DNA of 64,000 bases from Malacoraja senta (lineage: Eukaryota): assembly GCA_038087875.1 (NCBI GenBank), contig JAXLNO010001347.1, forward strand, positions 1 to 64,000, in the 5' to 3' direction. The notes beneath the pieces were generated by a model. That model did no database searches and was not told the DNA's origin. It was given only the letters and a program-made list of their open reading frames with translations. The translations under genes and the position numbers were made by a program. This document shows positions 50,075-63,419 of the stretch, in pieces (within the stretch, counting starts at the first letter, position 1; every line of letters begins with the position of its first letter).

Positions 50075-50630
50075 TCAATCAACCTTTATTGTCATCTTGC
50101 AAGCAACAGTTGTACAGTGCAAAATGAAAAGACGTTTCCCAGGGAATACCGGAGCATCGCACATGAAATTTAAAACATTTCACACGTAATAACACTAAAA
50201 ACAATCCAGTCCCTGATGGAACAGTATAAATAGTTAAAAAGTAGGTAAAACATCAACGTTAAAATACAGTAAAACCAATCATAAACATGTCCGGGGCAGC
50301 TGATTTGAGTGGCCAGTGCCAGTTATTGAAGTGGCCAGTGCCAGTTATTAAAGTGTCCGTGCCAAGCCGCAGAATCAGGTGACTGTGAGTACAGAGTGGC
50401 TGTTTAGCAGCCTCACAGCATATGGCAGGAAGCTGTTTAGCAGTCTTGTGGTCCGTGCTTTGATGCTGCGATATCTCTTGCCTGATGGCAGGAGATCCAG
50501 GTGTATGTGGAGGGGGTGCAGTTTGTCCTTAGCAATTCTCTGAGCTTTTTTCAGACAGCGGCTCTGGAACAGTTCTTGTACCGAGGGTAGGGAGACGCCA
50601 ATGATCCTCTCTGCTCCCCTCACTACCCTT
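50075..50630 (-). mobile_element. Rex1/Babar-clade LINE 3' fragment
   Basis: ORF 50375..50623 AERIIGVSLPSV...LLPSGKRYRSIKARTTRLLNSFLP; (TTGA/TCAA)n tail. Confidence 0.85.
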
Positions 50631-50639
50631 TCAATGTTA

Positions 50640-53600
50640 CTGGTGACTATTTGACTTCAAGACACCGTCTAACTGTTCATAAAGTGTTGATAGCACTTTT
50701 ACACGCCTTAATCGTGAAAAGGATGGAGACAAGAAGGAAAGGAGGATCCCCAAAGAAGGAACTGGGGAAAGCCACAACCACAGCTGCAGCTTCTGATTCC
50801 AGCATCATAGAAGCAATATCGAAAAATGAATGATGAATTGAACAATGAGCTGAAAAATGAAATGAAAACAAGATTTGGCAGTTTGGAAGAAATGGTGAAA
50901 GGAGTTTCGACCAAATTGAAGGAAGTCCAAGGAAAACTGTCTTTGTTACAAGATGAACTTCGTGAACAAACGGATCAAATTGATATCTTGCGCACCCTGG
51001 GACAGGAGAGAGATTTGAAGATTGAAAAATTGGAACGGAGAATGAATGAAAACACTTCAGCAATACAAGTCTAAAAATATGGACTTAGAAAACAGAAGCC
51101 GTGGTTTGAATTGACGAATTGTTGGTTTGCCGGAAGGCCAAGAAGGAGATAACGTTATAAAATATGCTTCTAAAATGATATAGGAAACATTCAACATTGA
51201 GCAGAATGAAAACCTTCCGTTCCTGGATAAGGCACACAGGATTGGGAAGAGATCCGGTAATAAACCGAGACACTTGATCATACGGTTTCATTTTTTTCAA
51301 ATGAAGGAGAATATTCTCCAGGCAGCAAAAAAGTTTGGTGTGGTTGAATATGAAGGATGAGAGTTTCGGTTTGTCCCTGATTATAGTTACGAGCTTTTGG
51401 AAATAAGAAAGACTTTTTATAATGTAATGTCTGATTTGTATAAGAAAAACTGCGCCCAGCTTTATTATCACCAGCTAGATTGTGTATTCGGCTTTTCAAT
51501 GGTAACTTTCGATTTTTTAACAGTCCTCAAGACACCTCCAGCTTTCTGAAGAGCTACGAAGAGGAAGGGGAGTAATTGATAGCTGATTAAGTTATAATTG
51601 GAGATTTACTGTTCCTATTTTGACAACATTTTGTTTGGTAATGATTAAGAATTTAACTGGTCGAGTTGTTTTTCTTTTATATATATTCTTTTAAGAATTT
51701 CTTTGTTAATTCGTGTTCCCCTGTCGTTAGACAAACTAAGAGAATGCAGTTCTTGTTTTTCATATCTTGACCTTGGATAATAATAAGCCGCATTCCATGC
51801 CAGTCTGTATTTTTTTCTTCTTCTCTCTCAAAGAATGTGTTATGACGTAGTGGTTAAATATTATTATTTTTATGCTGAGCGCTGTTACTGGGAAAGATGG
51901 GATTGGGGAGGGGATTAGGTAGTTTGCTGACTGTCTTTTGGTCAGTTTGGGGTTCTACAGGGGTGGGAGGGGGTGGGAGGGGGGAAGGGGGAGGGGTCTT
52001 TTGTTCAAACTACCTGATTCCAAGTTTAGTGCTAAACAATGGCGATTTAATGCTACTTTGCTTCAAGACTTAAACTTTATTAAGTTTATGAAAGATCAGA
52101 TTGCTTTTTACTTCTTGACAAACTCTAATGAAGAGATATCCTATGGTATAGTTTGGGATGCTTTTAAGGCATATATTCGTGGACAAATTATTTCATACTC
52201 CGCGGGATTAAAAAAACAAACACAAAATGAAATACGCACATTGGCTGACGAGATTAAAGAAATTGATTAAAAATATTCAAAAGCTCCTAGTTTAGAGCTC
52301 TATAAGAATAGAGTTGAACTTCAATTGAGATATGATTTGTTATTAGTATCACCGATTGAGAACCAGTTACTTAAAACCAAAAGTTAATTTTATATAAATG
52401 GCGAAAAATCTGGTAAATTACTTGCTAATCAATTGAAAGCAGTGTCGGCCAAGCGTCAGAAGTGAGTAAACGGGCTGGTACAGTAACTGTAGACCATGAC
52501 GAAATTAATAAATCCTTTCAGCAATTTTATACCTCCCTATACCAATCAGATTTTCCTACTGATTCCAATATAATGCATGAGTTTTTAAAGAAACTGAACT
52601 TACCAAATTTACCATACAATTTACCATCTGTTGTTAGATGAACCCATCACGGAAGAAGAAATACAGAAAGCAATTTTTTCAATGAATTCTGGTAAAGCTC
52701 CCGGTTTAGATGGATTTACAGTAGAATTTTTAAAGTATTTCTCAAATGTATTGTCTCCATGGCTATGCAAGGTATTTAAAGAAGCCTTTTTAAGGAATAG
52801 ATTACCACAATCTTTTTATGAAGCTTCTATTTCTTTAATTTAAAAAAAAGATAAAGACCCTACTGAAGTGACATCATAGACCTATATCAATGTTAAATGT
52901 AGATTTTAAAATTCTTTCCAAAATATTACCTATGAGATTGGAAAAGATTTTACCGCAAATTATCTCTGAAGATCAGACAGGTTTTATTAAAAATCGTTAC
53001 TCATTCTTTAATGTTAGGAGATTAATAAATATTGTATATACAGCGTCTAATAAAACCCCAGAATGTGTCATCTCACTTGATGCCGAGAAGGCTATTGATA
53101 GAGTAGAATGGAATACTTATTCAATATACTTGAAAAAGTTAAGATTGGTCCAAAATGTATCTCTTGGATCAAACTGCTATATCTTATACCTCAGGCTTCT
53201 GTATTTACTGATAATCAGAGATCCCCTTTTTCAGGCTCTTTCAAGGTACTAGACAGGGCTGTCCCTTAAGTCCTTTACTATTTGATATTGCTTTGGAAAC
53301 TTTAGCCACTGCTATTAGGGAATCCCCTAATATTTTTGGTATTGTCCGCGGGATTAAGACACATAAGCTATCTCTTTATGCAGATGATCTGTTATTATTT
53401 ATTTCTAACCCTGAGAAATCTATTCCGGCAATAGTAGCATTACTTAATCAATTCAGTAGTTTTTCTGGTTATAAACTAAATCTTAGTAAGGGTGAGCTTT
53501 CCCATTAAATAATTTTGTTTCGAGTTATGGACAGTTTCCATTTAGATTGAGTACCGAAAGTTTTACTTATTTAGGTATTAAGATCACCAAGAAACACAAG

Positions 53601-55770
53601 GATTTATTTAAAGCTAATTTTATTCCTTTAATTGACCATATTAAACATCAGTTCACTAAATGGTTACCAATGTCCTTATCCTTAATTGGCCGAATCAATG
53701 CTATTAAAATGTTCATTTTACCTAAATTTCTGTATTTATTCAGACGATACCAATTTTTATTGCCAAATCTTTCTTTGATATTATAGACTCTAAAATTTCT
53801 TCATATATATGGCAGAATAAAAATCCCAGACTAGGTAAAAAATACCTACAGAAATCCAAAAAAGTTGGTGGTTTGGCATTGCCGAACCTTAGACTCTACT
53901 ATTGGGCAGTCAATGTTCGTTATTTAACATTTTGGACAAAAGATTTAGAAGATACCCAATGCCCTGGATGGATAAACCTAGAACGTGATTCCTTACAAGG
54001 GCTATAATTGGCTTCTATTCTAGGGACCTCGTTACCTTTTACAATTACGAGATTGAATAAATATATGACGAACCCAATAATAAGACATACGTTCCGAATA
54101 CGGTTTCAATTTCGTACGTTTTTTGGACTATCTGATTTTATCCAAATTTCTCTTCCAACCATCTAGTACTGATCAAGTTTTTTTGTTATGGAAGAGGAAG
54201 GGATTAGTAGCTTTTCGTGATTTGTTTTTGGAGGGTTGTTTTATGTCTTTCGAACAACTCTCCAATAAATATAACTTACCTAATTCACACTTTTTTAGAT
54301 ATTTACAAATTAGACAAAAGGAACTACCCCTTTTTCCGCTACCACATCAACCCGAAATTTTGGATTTTTTTTTACAGTTGAACCCTTATCAGAAAGGATT
54401 AATAACAACTATTCATGAGTTGATTTTAAAATTACAAATTTGATAAAATTAAGAATGACTGGGAAAGAGAACTCCAAATTTCTTTATCTATAGAGAAATG
54501 GGAGAGGATCAGCAACGACCAGGTTCAGGAACAGCTACTTCCCCACAGCCATCAGGCTATTAAACCTGGCTCGGACATAACACCGAACTTTACTAGCCAA
54601 TACTGTTATTTGCACTTTATCAGTATATTGACCATTGTGTATATATTTATAGAATGCCTTGTAGTAAATGCCTACTATGTTCTGTTGTGCTCAAGCAAAG
54701 CAAGAATTTCATTGTCCTACCAGGGACACATGACAATAAACTCACTTGACTTGACTTGGATCCTTCAATTAGTTAATACCTCTTCAATGTGTGCAAGACA
54801 CGCTCTGATACAATTCAAGGTGGTTCACAGAGCTCATATGTCAAAAGATAAGTTAGCTCGTTTTTATGGTCATATAAATCCTACCTGTGACAGATGTAAC
54901 TCTGAAGTGGCATCACTGACCCATATGTTTTGGTCCTGCCCCCTTTTGGAAAAATATTGGAAATAATTTTTTGATACTATTTCGGTAGTCTTAGGTATAG
55001 ATTTACAACCTCATCCTATTACTGCAATTTTTGGGTTACCAATGTTAGATTCTATTCATTTGTCCCACTCCGCCCATCGGTTGATTGCTTTTACCACATT
55101 AATTGCCAGATTTATTTTCTTTAAATGGAAAGATTCCAACCCTCCGACCACACTCCAGTGGTATTCTGAAATGATATCATGTTTAAATTTAGAAAAAATC
55201 AGAAGTGACATTGTTGAACCCTTGGTTAAATTTGATAAGACTTGGGGAATATTTATTGAACACTTTCATACAACATAAATTGATCGCTCTTTAACCGTTA
55301 TAAAAATTATTTTACTTTCATAGGGTGGAACGGACTTGACGATAAACAGACTTAAATTGTTGAATTTCTCAGTTCANNNNNNNNNNNNNNNNNNNNNNNN
55401 NNNNNNNNNNNNNNNNNNNNNNNNNNNNNNNNNNNNNNNNNNNNNNNNNNNNNNNNNNNNNNNNNNNNNNNNNNNNNNNNNNNNNNNNNNNNNNNNNNNN
55501 NNNNNNNNNNNNNTTTTTTTTACATTTATGTTTCCTTTTAAAGATTTAACTATATTTACATAGAGACCGAGAGGTCTATATTCATGTGTATTTTGACACT
55601 GGTCTCATATTAGGTTATACCTGTTATTAATGTGTTTAATCCGGATCCCTATGTATCAATACCATTGTTATATTTATCATTATTCTTTTTGCTCTGTTTT
55701 TTATGTTTTATTTTTGTTTTTGTTTTTTGGAAAAAAAACAATAAAAAGATTTTAAAAGAAAGGTACTGAA
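50640..55770 (+). mobile_element. Degenerate long L1-clade LINE (ORF1, EN largely deleted, RT, Cys domain), with a Rex insertion at ~54510-54770 and an N gap
   Basis: ORF1 coiled-coil and LRIVGLPEG-like region; WRFNATLL, GKAPGLDGF, SLDAEKAIDRVEW, LYADDLL, CDRC..SLTHMFWSC. Confidence 0.9.
55377..55513. other. Assembly gap (137 N)
   Basis: Run of N. Confidence 1.
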
Positions 55771-58212
55771 TGAAAAAGTTGGGATGTTCTGCTACAGTTG
55801 TACAAGATGTTGGTGAGGTCACATTTGGAGTATTGTGTTAAGTTTTGGTCACTCCACTATCGGAAGGATGTCATTAACAGGGCCTGCGATTCAGGGAGAG
55901 GATGAGAATGCTTGGACTTTAGTCCTTGGCACGCAAGAGGCTGAGGGGTGATCTTATAGAAGTTTATAAAATCAAGGAGCATAGATAGATTGAATGCACA
56001 GAATCTTTTAACCAGCCTTATGTAATCAAGAACCAGAGGACTTAGGTTTAAGGTGAGAAGGAAACGAGTTACTCGGAACCAGAGGAAGTGGAAATATGGA
56101 AGAACATTCCAGGGGAAGGAGTTGAAGCAGGTATTAAAACACATTTAGAACACACTTGGACAGGTACATACTGTAGATAGGAAAGGTTCAGTGAGATATG
56201 GGTCAATTGCAGGAAAATTGTAGTTTAAATATGGCATCTTGGTTGGCATGGCCAAGTTGAGGCAAAGGGCCCATTTCCATGCCGTATGACTCTATGGCTC
56301 CGTGGGCTTGAAAAGCCAATTCTTTTCCGTTTCCCTGCTAAATGATAGTTAATCACCCTCACTAATAGTGACCACAATGGCAGACCCATGACCATGACTG
56401 GTTTACAGTGATAATAAGCTAACCATTGCCTCAGTTCAAATATGCATGTCGTTGATGTTCAATGACTAAATTGTTGCTGCATTCTTAGTTTTGGCAAGGT
56501 GAGAAATGGCTTGGTTCTGATCTGGGTGCTGGAGCTGTTAGACATCTTGATACCATGAAAGCAGAACCTCTGTTTCAGGAAATATACTTGCTGAATGGTG
56601 TCTCAGACCAGCAATGCCAGGGAACATTGTATTTTGAAGAGGAAATATTACACAACCAAGGCCAAGTGCTCAAGAAAGCAGCACGTCTGTTATTTCAATG
56701 AAAACTCTGCTCTTCATCCATCTTGACATTTTGATCACCCAGTTTAGTTTATAATATTGTATAACATTTGCAATCAATTCTCAGTTTATGACATTTACAG
56801 CTGGCGTGAAGATGCATCAGTCAATACCTTCTGTCTTCCAATATAGTTTATTTAATAGAAAGATAGAAACATAAAAAAATAGGTGCAGGAATAGGCTATT
56901 CGGCCCTTTGAGCCAGCACCGCCATTCAATACAATCATGGCTGATCATCTAAAATTAGTACTCCGATCTGGCTTTTCCCCCATATCCCTTGATTCGTTTA
57001 GCCCTAAGAGCTAAATCTAACTCTCTCTTGAAAACAGTGATACAGTGTGTAAACAGGCCATTTGTGCCGCTAAATCCATACTAACCAGCAATCACCCATT
57101 CATAATAGATTTCCCATCCACCCCCTACACTATCAGGGTGACTTACCGAGGATGATTACCTGCACACCTGCTCATCTTTGGGATATGGGAGGAAACCGGA
57201 GCTCCCTGAGGAAGCCCACATAGTCACAAGGAGAACGTGCAAACTCCACGTAGGCAGTGCCCGAGGTCCAGATTGAACCTGGGTCTCAGGCGTTGTGAGA
57301 CAGCAGTTCTACCAGCTGCACTACCATGCTGCATTATGTACAAACTCTAAATCCTACACTGACTTTCCCTTCCACTTGTTATATTCAACACAATAACTCC
57401 TTTACACAGGAGGAAAGTGAACTGCAATTCATCATCAGAATATATCTTACAACAGTGTGATCACAGGCAAGAAATCAGTGATATAGATGACTGAATTTAC
57501 ACTAAAACCCTGATCATCCAGCTCTCTTGGGATTTAGGAAATTGTAGATTTTAAGGACTGCTGCATGTTACTCCAAACATACTTTAATTCAACTCATTGG
57601 TGCACTTGTTGAGCAAGTCAGTGGTCGAGGTGCATCTGTGCACTACTATCAGACTTAAGCGGAGGAATACCCATTGTAATTTGCCTGAAGAGTCTCGAAC
57701 CAGAATGTCACCTATATGTTGCCTGACCTGCTGAGTTACTCTAGCACCATCCCTCACAGTCTTTTCCAATCTTATAATTCAAAAATAGTCAGCATCTACA
57801 TCATAAAGAGTCATGGAAATATATAAACATGGCCTTTGTCCCACTGACCTGCACCAACCATTCATGTACACTAATCCTACATTTGTCCTACATTCTCATC
57901 AGCTCTCCCCACATTGTATCATGCACAATCCAGGGGACAACTAACCTCCAAAACATGTTTTGGGGATGTGGGAGGAAACCAGAGCACCTGGGGAAACGCA
58001 CATGGTCACAGGAACAACATGCAAACTCCACAGATGTCGGTATTTAATTAAGGTCTCTGACTCAGTGCTGCCCTGTTTCACATTGTAGTCCACCCGTCAT
58101 GTTGTTGCTCATTCATTCGACTTTCCACTTTGAACCATTTCTCCCACTACTCACATTCCCACTTAATTTTGAGTCATAGAAACATAGAGTCTTCCAGCAA
58201 CAGTGGCCACGG

Positions 58213-58520
58213 AGGCGGCTACTGTGTGCAGCAGTAGAGTTGCTGCCTTACAGCGCTTGCAGCACCGGAGACCCGGGTTCGATCCTGACTACTGATGCTG
58301 TCTGTACAAAGTTTGTACGTTCTCCCCGTGACCGCGTGTGTTTTCTCCGAGATCTAAGGTTTCCTCCCACACTCCAAAGACGTACAGGTATGTAGGTTAA
58401 TTGGCTTGGTGTGTGTGTATAGGATAGTGTTAATGTGCGGGGATCGCTGGTCAGCGCAGACTCGGTGGGCCTAAGGACCTGTTTCGTCACTGTATCTCTA
58501 AATTAAACTAAAACAAAACT
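58213..58520 (+). mobile_element. HE1/V-SINE-type tRNA-derived SINE (other copies ~49268-49510 +, 57040-57335 -, 57800-58040 -, 58590-58890 +)
   Basis: A-box-like gcagtagagttgctg, B-box gggttcgatcc, core gtttgtacgttctccccgtg, (ctaaa)n tail. Confidence 0.85.
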
Positions 58521-59157
58521 AGTAAACGTTAAACTGCAACCAATCTGCCTCATAGCTGACTTGGATCATGAACAGTGCGAGCCCCCAACAGAGCAGCACA
58601 GTGTCACAACTCGTAGAGCTGCTGCCTCACAGCGACACAGACCCGGGTTCAATTTTGACCTTGAGTGCCATCTATGTGGAGTTTGCACATTCTCCATGTA
58701 ACCGCATTGGATCCCTCCAGGGGCTCCGGTTTCCTCACACATCCTAAGATGTGTCAGTTTATAGTTTAATTGGCCACTGTAAATTGCCCCTAGTGGGTGG
58801 GTGACTGGATGAGAAGGTGCAATGAGATAGAATTCATGAGAACAGGTGGTTGGTGGTTGGCATGGACTCGGTGGGCCAAAAGGACTGCTTCCATGCTGTA
58901 CCTTTTAATGACTCAATGATATCTCTAGGATTTGGTGCAGTGAATCCATAATGTTTAACTTTTTTTTTTACACTGAATTCACAATTTTCAAATATCTGAT
59001 CATCAGAAACATTTAACAACAGCACAAAGGCTAGTTGACAGTGGTGACTGTCGAGGCATTTCAGGTGTAGCTGCTGCCTTATCCTACTTGAGATCGATCA
59101 TTTCTTCAAGCCCAATACCTTTACTAGCAACAGTTCATCACAATTTTTCCATCTTAC

Positions 59158-59265
59158 CTCTCCTCTTTTTTCTCCACCAAACAATTACTGCCAAGACAAT
59201 AGCCAGCAATATCAGCACACACACGGCAATAATGCCTATGTGCCTGTCTTTCTTCCCATTTCCTT
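59158..59265 (-). CDS. MHC class I-like gene: connecting peptide/transmembrane exon
   Basis: ttatttttcag| ... G|gtaaga, 108 nt, phase 1-1; EGNGKKDRHIGIIAVCVLILLAIVLAVIVWWRKKRR, in frame with the alpha3 exon; no class II Gly-zipper. Confidence 0.85.
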
Positions 59266-59834
59266 CTGAAAAATAAGAATACATAATTTTACATATCATT
59301 TGTTAAGCTGTGCAGCTAAATAGATTGGCACTGTCTGAAGACTTCAGGGTGAAGAAGGGTCTCGACCCGAAATGCCTCCTATTTCTTTTCTCCAGAGATG
59401 TTACCTGACCGCTGAGTTACTCCAGCATTTTGTGTCTATCTTTGGCGCTTTTCAACATATATAAATATGTTGTTTTGAATCACGGAGATCTGCAACATGG
59501 CAAAGGGACAATATCTGTTCTGTACAACTCTATGATCTATGGCACCATCACAGCCACAACTTAATTCATGAAAGAAGGTGAATTGAAAGTAGAAAGCTTT
59601 AACCCTATATAATCTAACATCTGTTTTGGGGAAAATGCTGGATTCCTTTCAGTAATGGCAGAACATTTAAGTAATAACAAAACAATAAAGTGCATTAACA
59701 GGAAAATTGTAGAAAGAAAGAGATGCAGATACTGATTTATACAAAAGCTTTAGTTTAGTTTATTGTCACGAGTACTGAGGTACAGTGAAAAGCATGTGTT
59801 ACGTGCTAACCAGTCAGTGGAAAGAATATACATG

Positions 59835-60065
59835 ATAGACACAAAATGCTGGAGTAACTGAGCGGAATAGGCAACATCTCTGGCGAACATGGACTCAGTC
59901 AGAAGGATCGTGACCCGAAACATCACCTATTTCTTTTCTCCAGAGATGCTGCCTGACCAGCTGAGTTATTCCAGCAATTTGTGTCCATCTTCGGTGTAAA
60001 CCAGCATTTGCAGTTTCTCCCTACACATGGACAGGTGACATTTCGTTTACGGACCCTTCTTCAAA
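59835..60065. repeat. Penelope terminal-repeat derivatives (further copies ~57640-57760, 59330-59445, 42240-42420, 8935-9000)
   Basis: acaaaatgctggagtaac.../gacccgaaacatcacc...gatgctgcctgacc motifs in alternating orientation. Confidence 0.7.
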
Positions 60066-61899
60066 CTTTGTTTGAGAAATTGATTAAAATTCTTTGAAAA
60101 TGCAACAGGAACCCGTAGACAATGTATATTTGAGCAGCAGTAGTTTGCAGGTGTGCACAGCCTAAAATTCAAAAACAAAATGATGGAAAAGCAGAATAGG
60201 TAACAAAATTGGAATGAGAAACAAAAGAAATACAATATATTGTAGAGATCCAAGCGTCGTGAACAAATCAATGTTTTTTTAAAGAAATACAGTTTTGGCC
60301 CACTCACGTTTAGTAAGGACTTGAGCAAAGTTCCTGCCGTTGTTATCGGGCACACCAGTTGACTGGCGATTAACTCATCACCAACTCCCACCAAAACCCT
60401 GTCATGTGATAGTCCCAGCTCCCCTGACGAGGGTTCTAGCAATAAGTGGCCTGACCACCAGATGTCGCCACAATATCTGGATTTTCATAAGATATCTGAT
60501 CAAGTGATGCAAAGGCACATGGCTTATGACATTGGGGGTAATAATTAGCATGAATGGAAAAACAATTAAGAGCAAGCAGAGAGTTGGCTTAAAGGAGTGT
60601 TCAGGTTGGGAAACTGCAACTGCAGGATGGGAATCAATGCAAGAAAGTGAACTACTTATCGTTAGTATTAAGAGCAGATGAAGGGACTGGTGGCGCTGTA
60701 GCCTAGATTGCTGATGATACATAGATAGGTTGAAAATTATGTTCTGGAGTATGTCAACAGTCTTCAGAGTGAAATACCAGATTCCTTAGTTGTGCATTGT
60801 TTGAGGGAATCTTCAAAAGTGAGCATTTGTGTAGGTTAGTGCAGCATACCTCGAATCAAACTACGATCGCTGTTTGTCAGGCAGTTGTTTTTCATTGCAG
60901 AAGCTGTGGCTTGCTTCAGGGAACTTACTTCATTAGGTTTAGTTTTATTAATGTCAGATGTTTCAAGATACAGTGCAAAGGTTTGTTTTGTATGCTATCC
61001 AAACAAATTAGATAATACTATAGATAAATAAAAAACTCAAAAACAATAGATAGAGCAAAGAGGAGGATACAGAGTACAGAATATAGTTCTCAGCGTTGTA
61101 ACACATCAGTTCCATAGACAATGTTCAATGTTCAATGAGGTTGAGGTGAATCGGGCATTAAACCTACATTATGGAAGGACCCTTCCGAAGCCTGTTAACA
61201 GGTGGAAAGGGGGTGTTCCTGAGTCTGGCAGTGCTTATTTTCAACTTTCAGTACCTGTTGCCTGATGGGAGCAGGAAGGAGGAATGTGAGAAAGGTGGGA
61301 TAAGTCTCGTTTTCCAAGGCAACCTGGTGTAGATTGGGTCAATAGTGGGAAGTCTGGGCTGTGTGATGATCTTTAACTCTTTGTATATTCTTGCAGTCTT
61401 GGGCAGTGCAGTTCCCAAATCAAGATGTGATGCAACCCAACAACATGCTTTCTCTAGCAGCATCTATAGATGTTTGCTGGAGTAACCAGAGACATGATGA
61501 ATATTCTCAGTCTCCTGAGGAAGTAGAGGTGTTGGTGTGCCTCCTTGGCTATGTGGCCAGTCCATGACCGAATATTGGATAAATTCATGCCAAGGAACAC
61601 GAAGCTCTCAATCATTTCCACTTCAGACTATTGATTCAGATTGGGGCATGTACTCCCCCAGTGCCTTGCTGTTCATCACATCATGAGGAAAGATTCATTT
61701 TTTATTTAAACATACCTTTCATGGATATCAGTTCCACCACTGAGAATCCCAAATACTCCTTCCTTGTATATTAGTTATTTATTTACTTACTTTTAATAAA
61801 TTTTCTGTTGACAAAGTCTTCTGCTCATGTGGAGAGTGGGTGCTGATTACGTGATTACTTAGAGCAACACCACTAAACAAAGAAAGTTTAAGCATCTTG

Positions 61900-62970
61900 G
61901 AATATGGGATGTACTACATGGGATGTAGCAATGTCACAAAATTTTGAGATTTTAAAAATCAAGTCTGCAATTTATCCCATCAGATAAAGCATAAAAAGAA
62001 GTTTAATTTGACACCTAATTCACTTTCATATCTTCTGTATTAAAAAAGTTTGGCAATTTTCATACTTGGAAATTAGCATCTTGTTCCCTATTGCTTTTCC
62101 ATTGACTTAACACAAAAGCTGTGATCAAGGACAGTCAAAAGCCCATAACTTTCTTAAAAATTAAGAGAACTTAATGAAATTTTCAGTTATTATAGATTGA
62201 AGCATTCTGAAACAAATATGAAACAATCTTACTTGGATGACCTGAAATTAAAGCATATAATTAGTTAGTTAACCAATTGTAGCTAATTACAAAATTCAAT
62301 TACTAGATCTAAATATCTATCCATTTCTTAAGAAAAAGTTAACATTTTTAAAAAGCCTAAGTGTCCAAATAACATTCACACAAGAATTCACAATAAAACA
62401 TTATTTTTAAATCTCAGTGTCATTAATTTATAGGCCAAATGGAAGGAATTTAGTGTTTAATTCCTGTAAATTAATGGCCATTTAAATCATCTTGCGAGTG
62501 GGATTTTGTGGAACGCGCTGGTTTGTAACGCTGCGGTTGCACTGAATTAAACCCCAACATCGTCAGGAAAAATACTGCCGGTTGGTATACTTAAATAATC
62601 ACATTTTCGCAACTTGAAATTTTTATTAAAGGCATCCTAAGAAGCAAGTTTATATGAAAAAATAAATGGTGTACCTTGCCTTGTCCCGTGCGTGAAATCC
62701 GTCCCCGTTGTCGGCGTTTACGGCATTTGAAGATGATTTTAATTTTACTCCATCAATTAAATTATAAAGCGCTAATATTAATAAACTTAATAAAACGGCA
62801 GTCGAAGCGATTTTTCTTCATCAACTATTTAGCCTGTTCAAGATCATTTAGAACAGGCTGCCGAAATATCGCATTTTAAACCCGCCCCCCCTCTCAAAAG
62901 CGCCAAAATCGCGCACACGGGCAGTGACAGAACTGCAGCGCTGCTGAAGGTAAGTTTTGTAACATACCTA
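61900..62970. repeat. Unclassified AT-rich dispersed element (possibly a non-autonomous DNA transposon) in the alpha3-TM intron
   Basis: Abrupt compositional block with CpG-rich right end; tgggatgtag motif also seen inverted at ~46860. No TIR pair confirmed. Confidence 0.3.
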
Positions 62971-63045
62971 GATGTAGTCACAATGATTAAAATGGAAACA
63001 ACAGAAGATAATGATTATCTATGAAAGAATATTTAACGTTCTTAC

Positions 63046-63312
63046 CCCAGATGATGGTCTTCCCACCGGGCAGGCTGCTGTGATCGACATGACAGGAATA
63101 CTGTTTCCAATCATATGGATCATACTCAAGGACAGACCTTAGATGATATGTTCCATCGTTGTTGGGTATGACCCCAGAAGATTTGGTCTCAGAGACATGT
63201 TGACCATTCTGCAACCAGCTGACTTTGATGGCCGGTGGGTAAAATCCAGACACAGTGCAGTACAGGACTGAATGATCATCAGGGCGGGCAGCGAGAGTGA
63301 CCTCAGGGGAAA
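63046..63312 (-). CDS. MHC class I-like gene: alpha3 (C1-set Ig) exon, probably non-classical
   Basis: tcttgtag| ... G|gtaag, 267 nt, phase 1-1; SPEVTL..LYCTVSGFYPPAIKVSWLQNG...GVIPNNDGTYHL...YSCHVDHSSL...W. Confidence 0.88.
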
Positions 63313-63419
63313 CTACAAGACAGAAAGATGGTTATTTTCACCTTCAGTAAAACGTGCACAGTCACCCATCACAAAATATTCTTCAGTCTACTACAACCAC
63401 CAAGTTACTGTCCGCATCT

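Noticed and set aside
63046-63312. Calling the C1 exon MHC class II, W-category, beta2-microglobulin or tapasin-related
   Set aside because: The GVIPNNDGTY motif and terminal W fit class I alpha3. The linked TM exon lacks the Gly-rich class II/W-category motif, and beta2m has no TM. A lineage name cannot be given without alpha1/alpha2.
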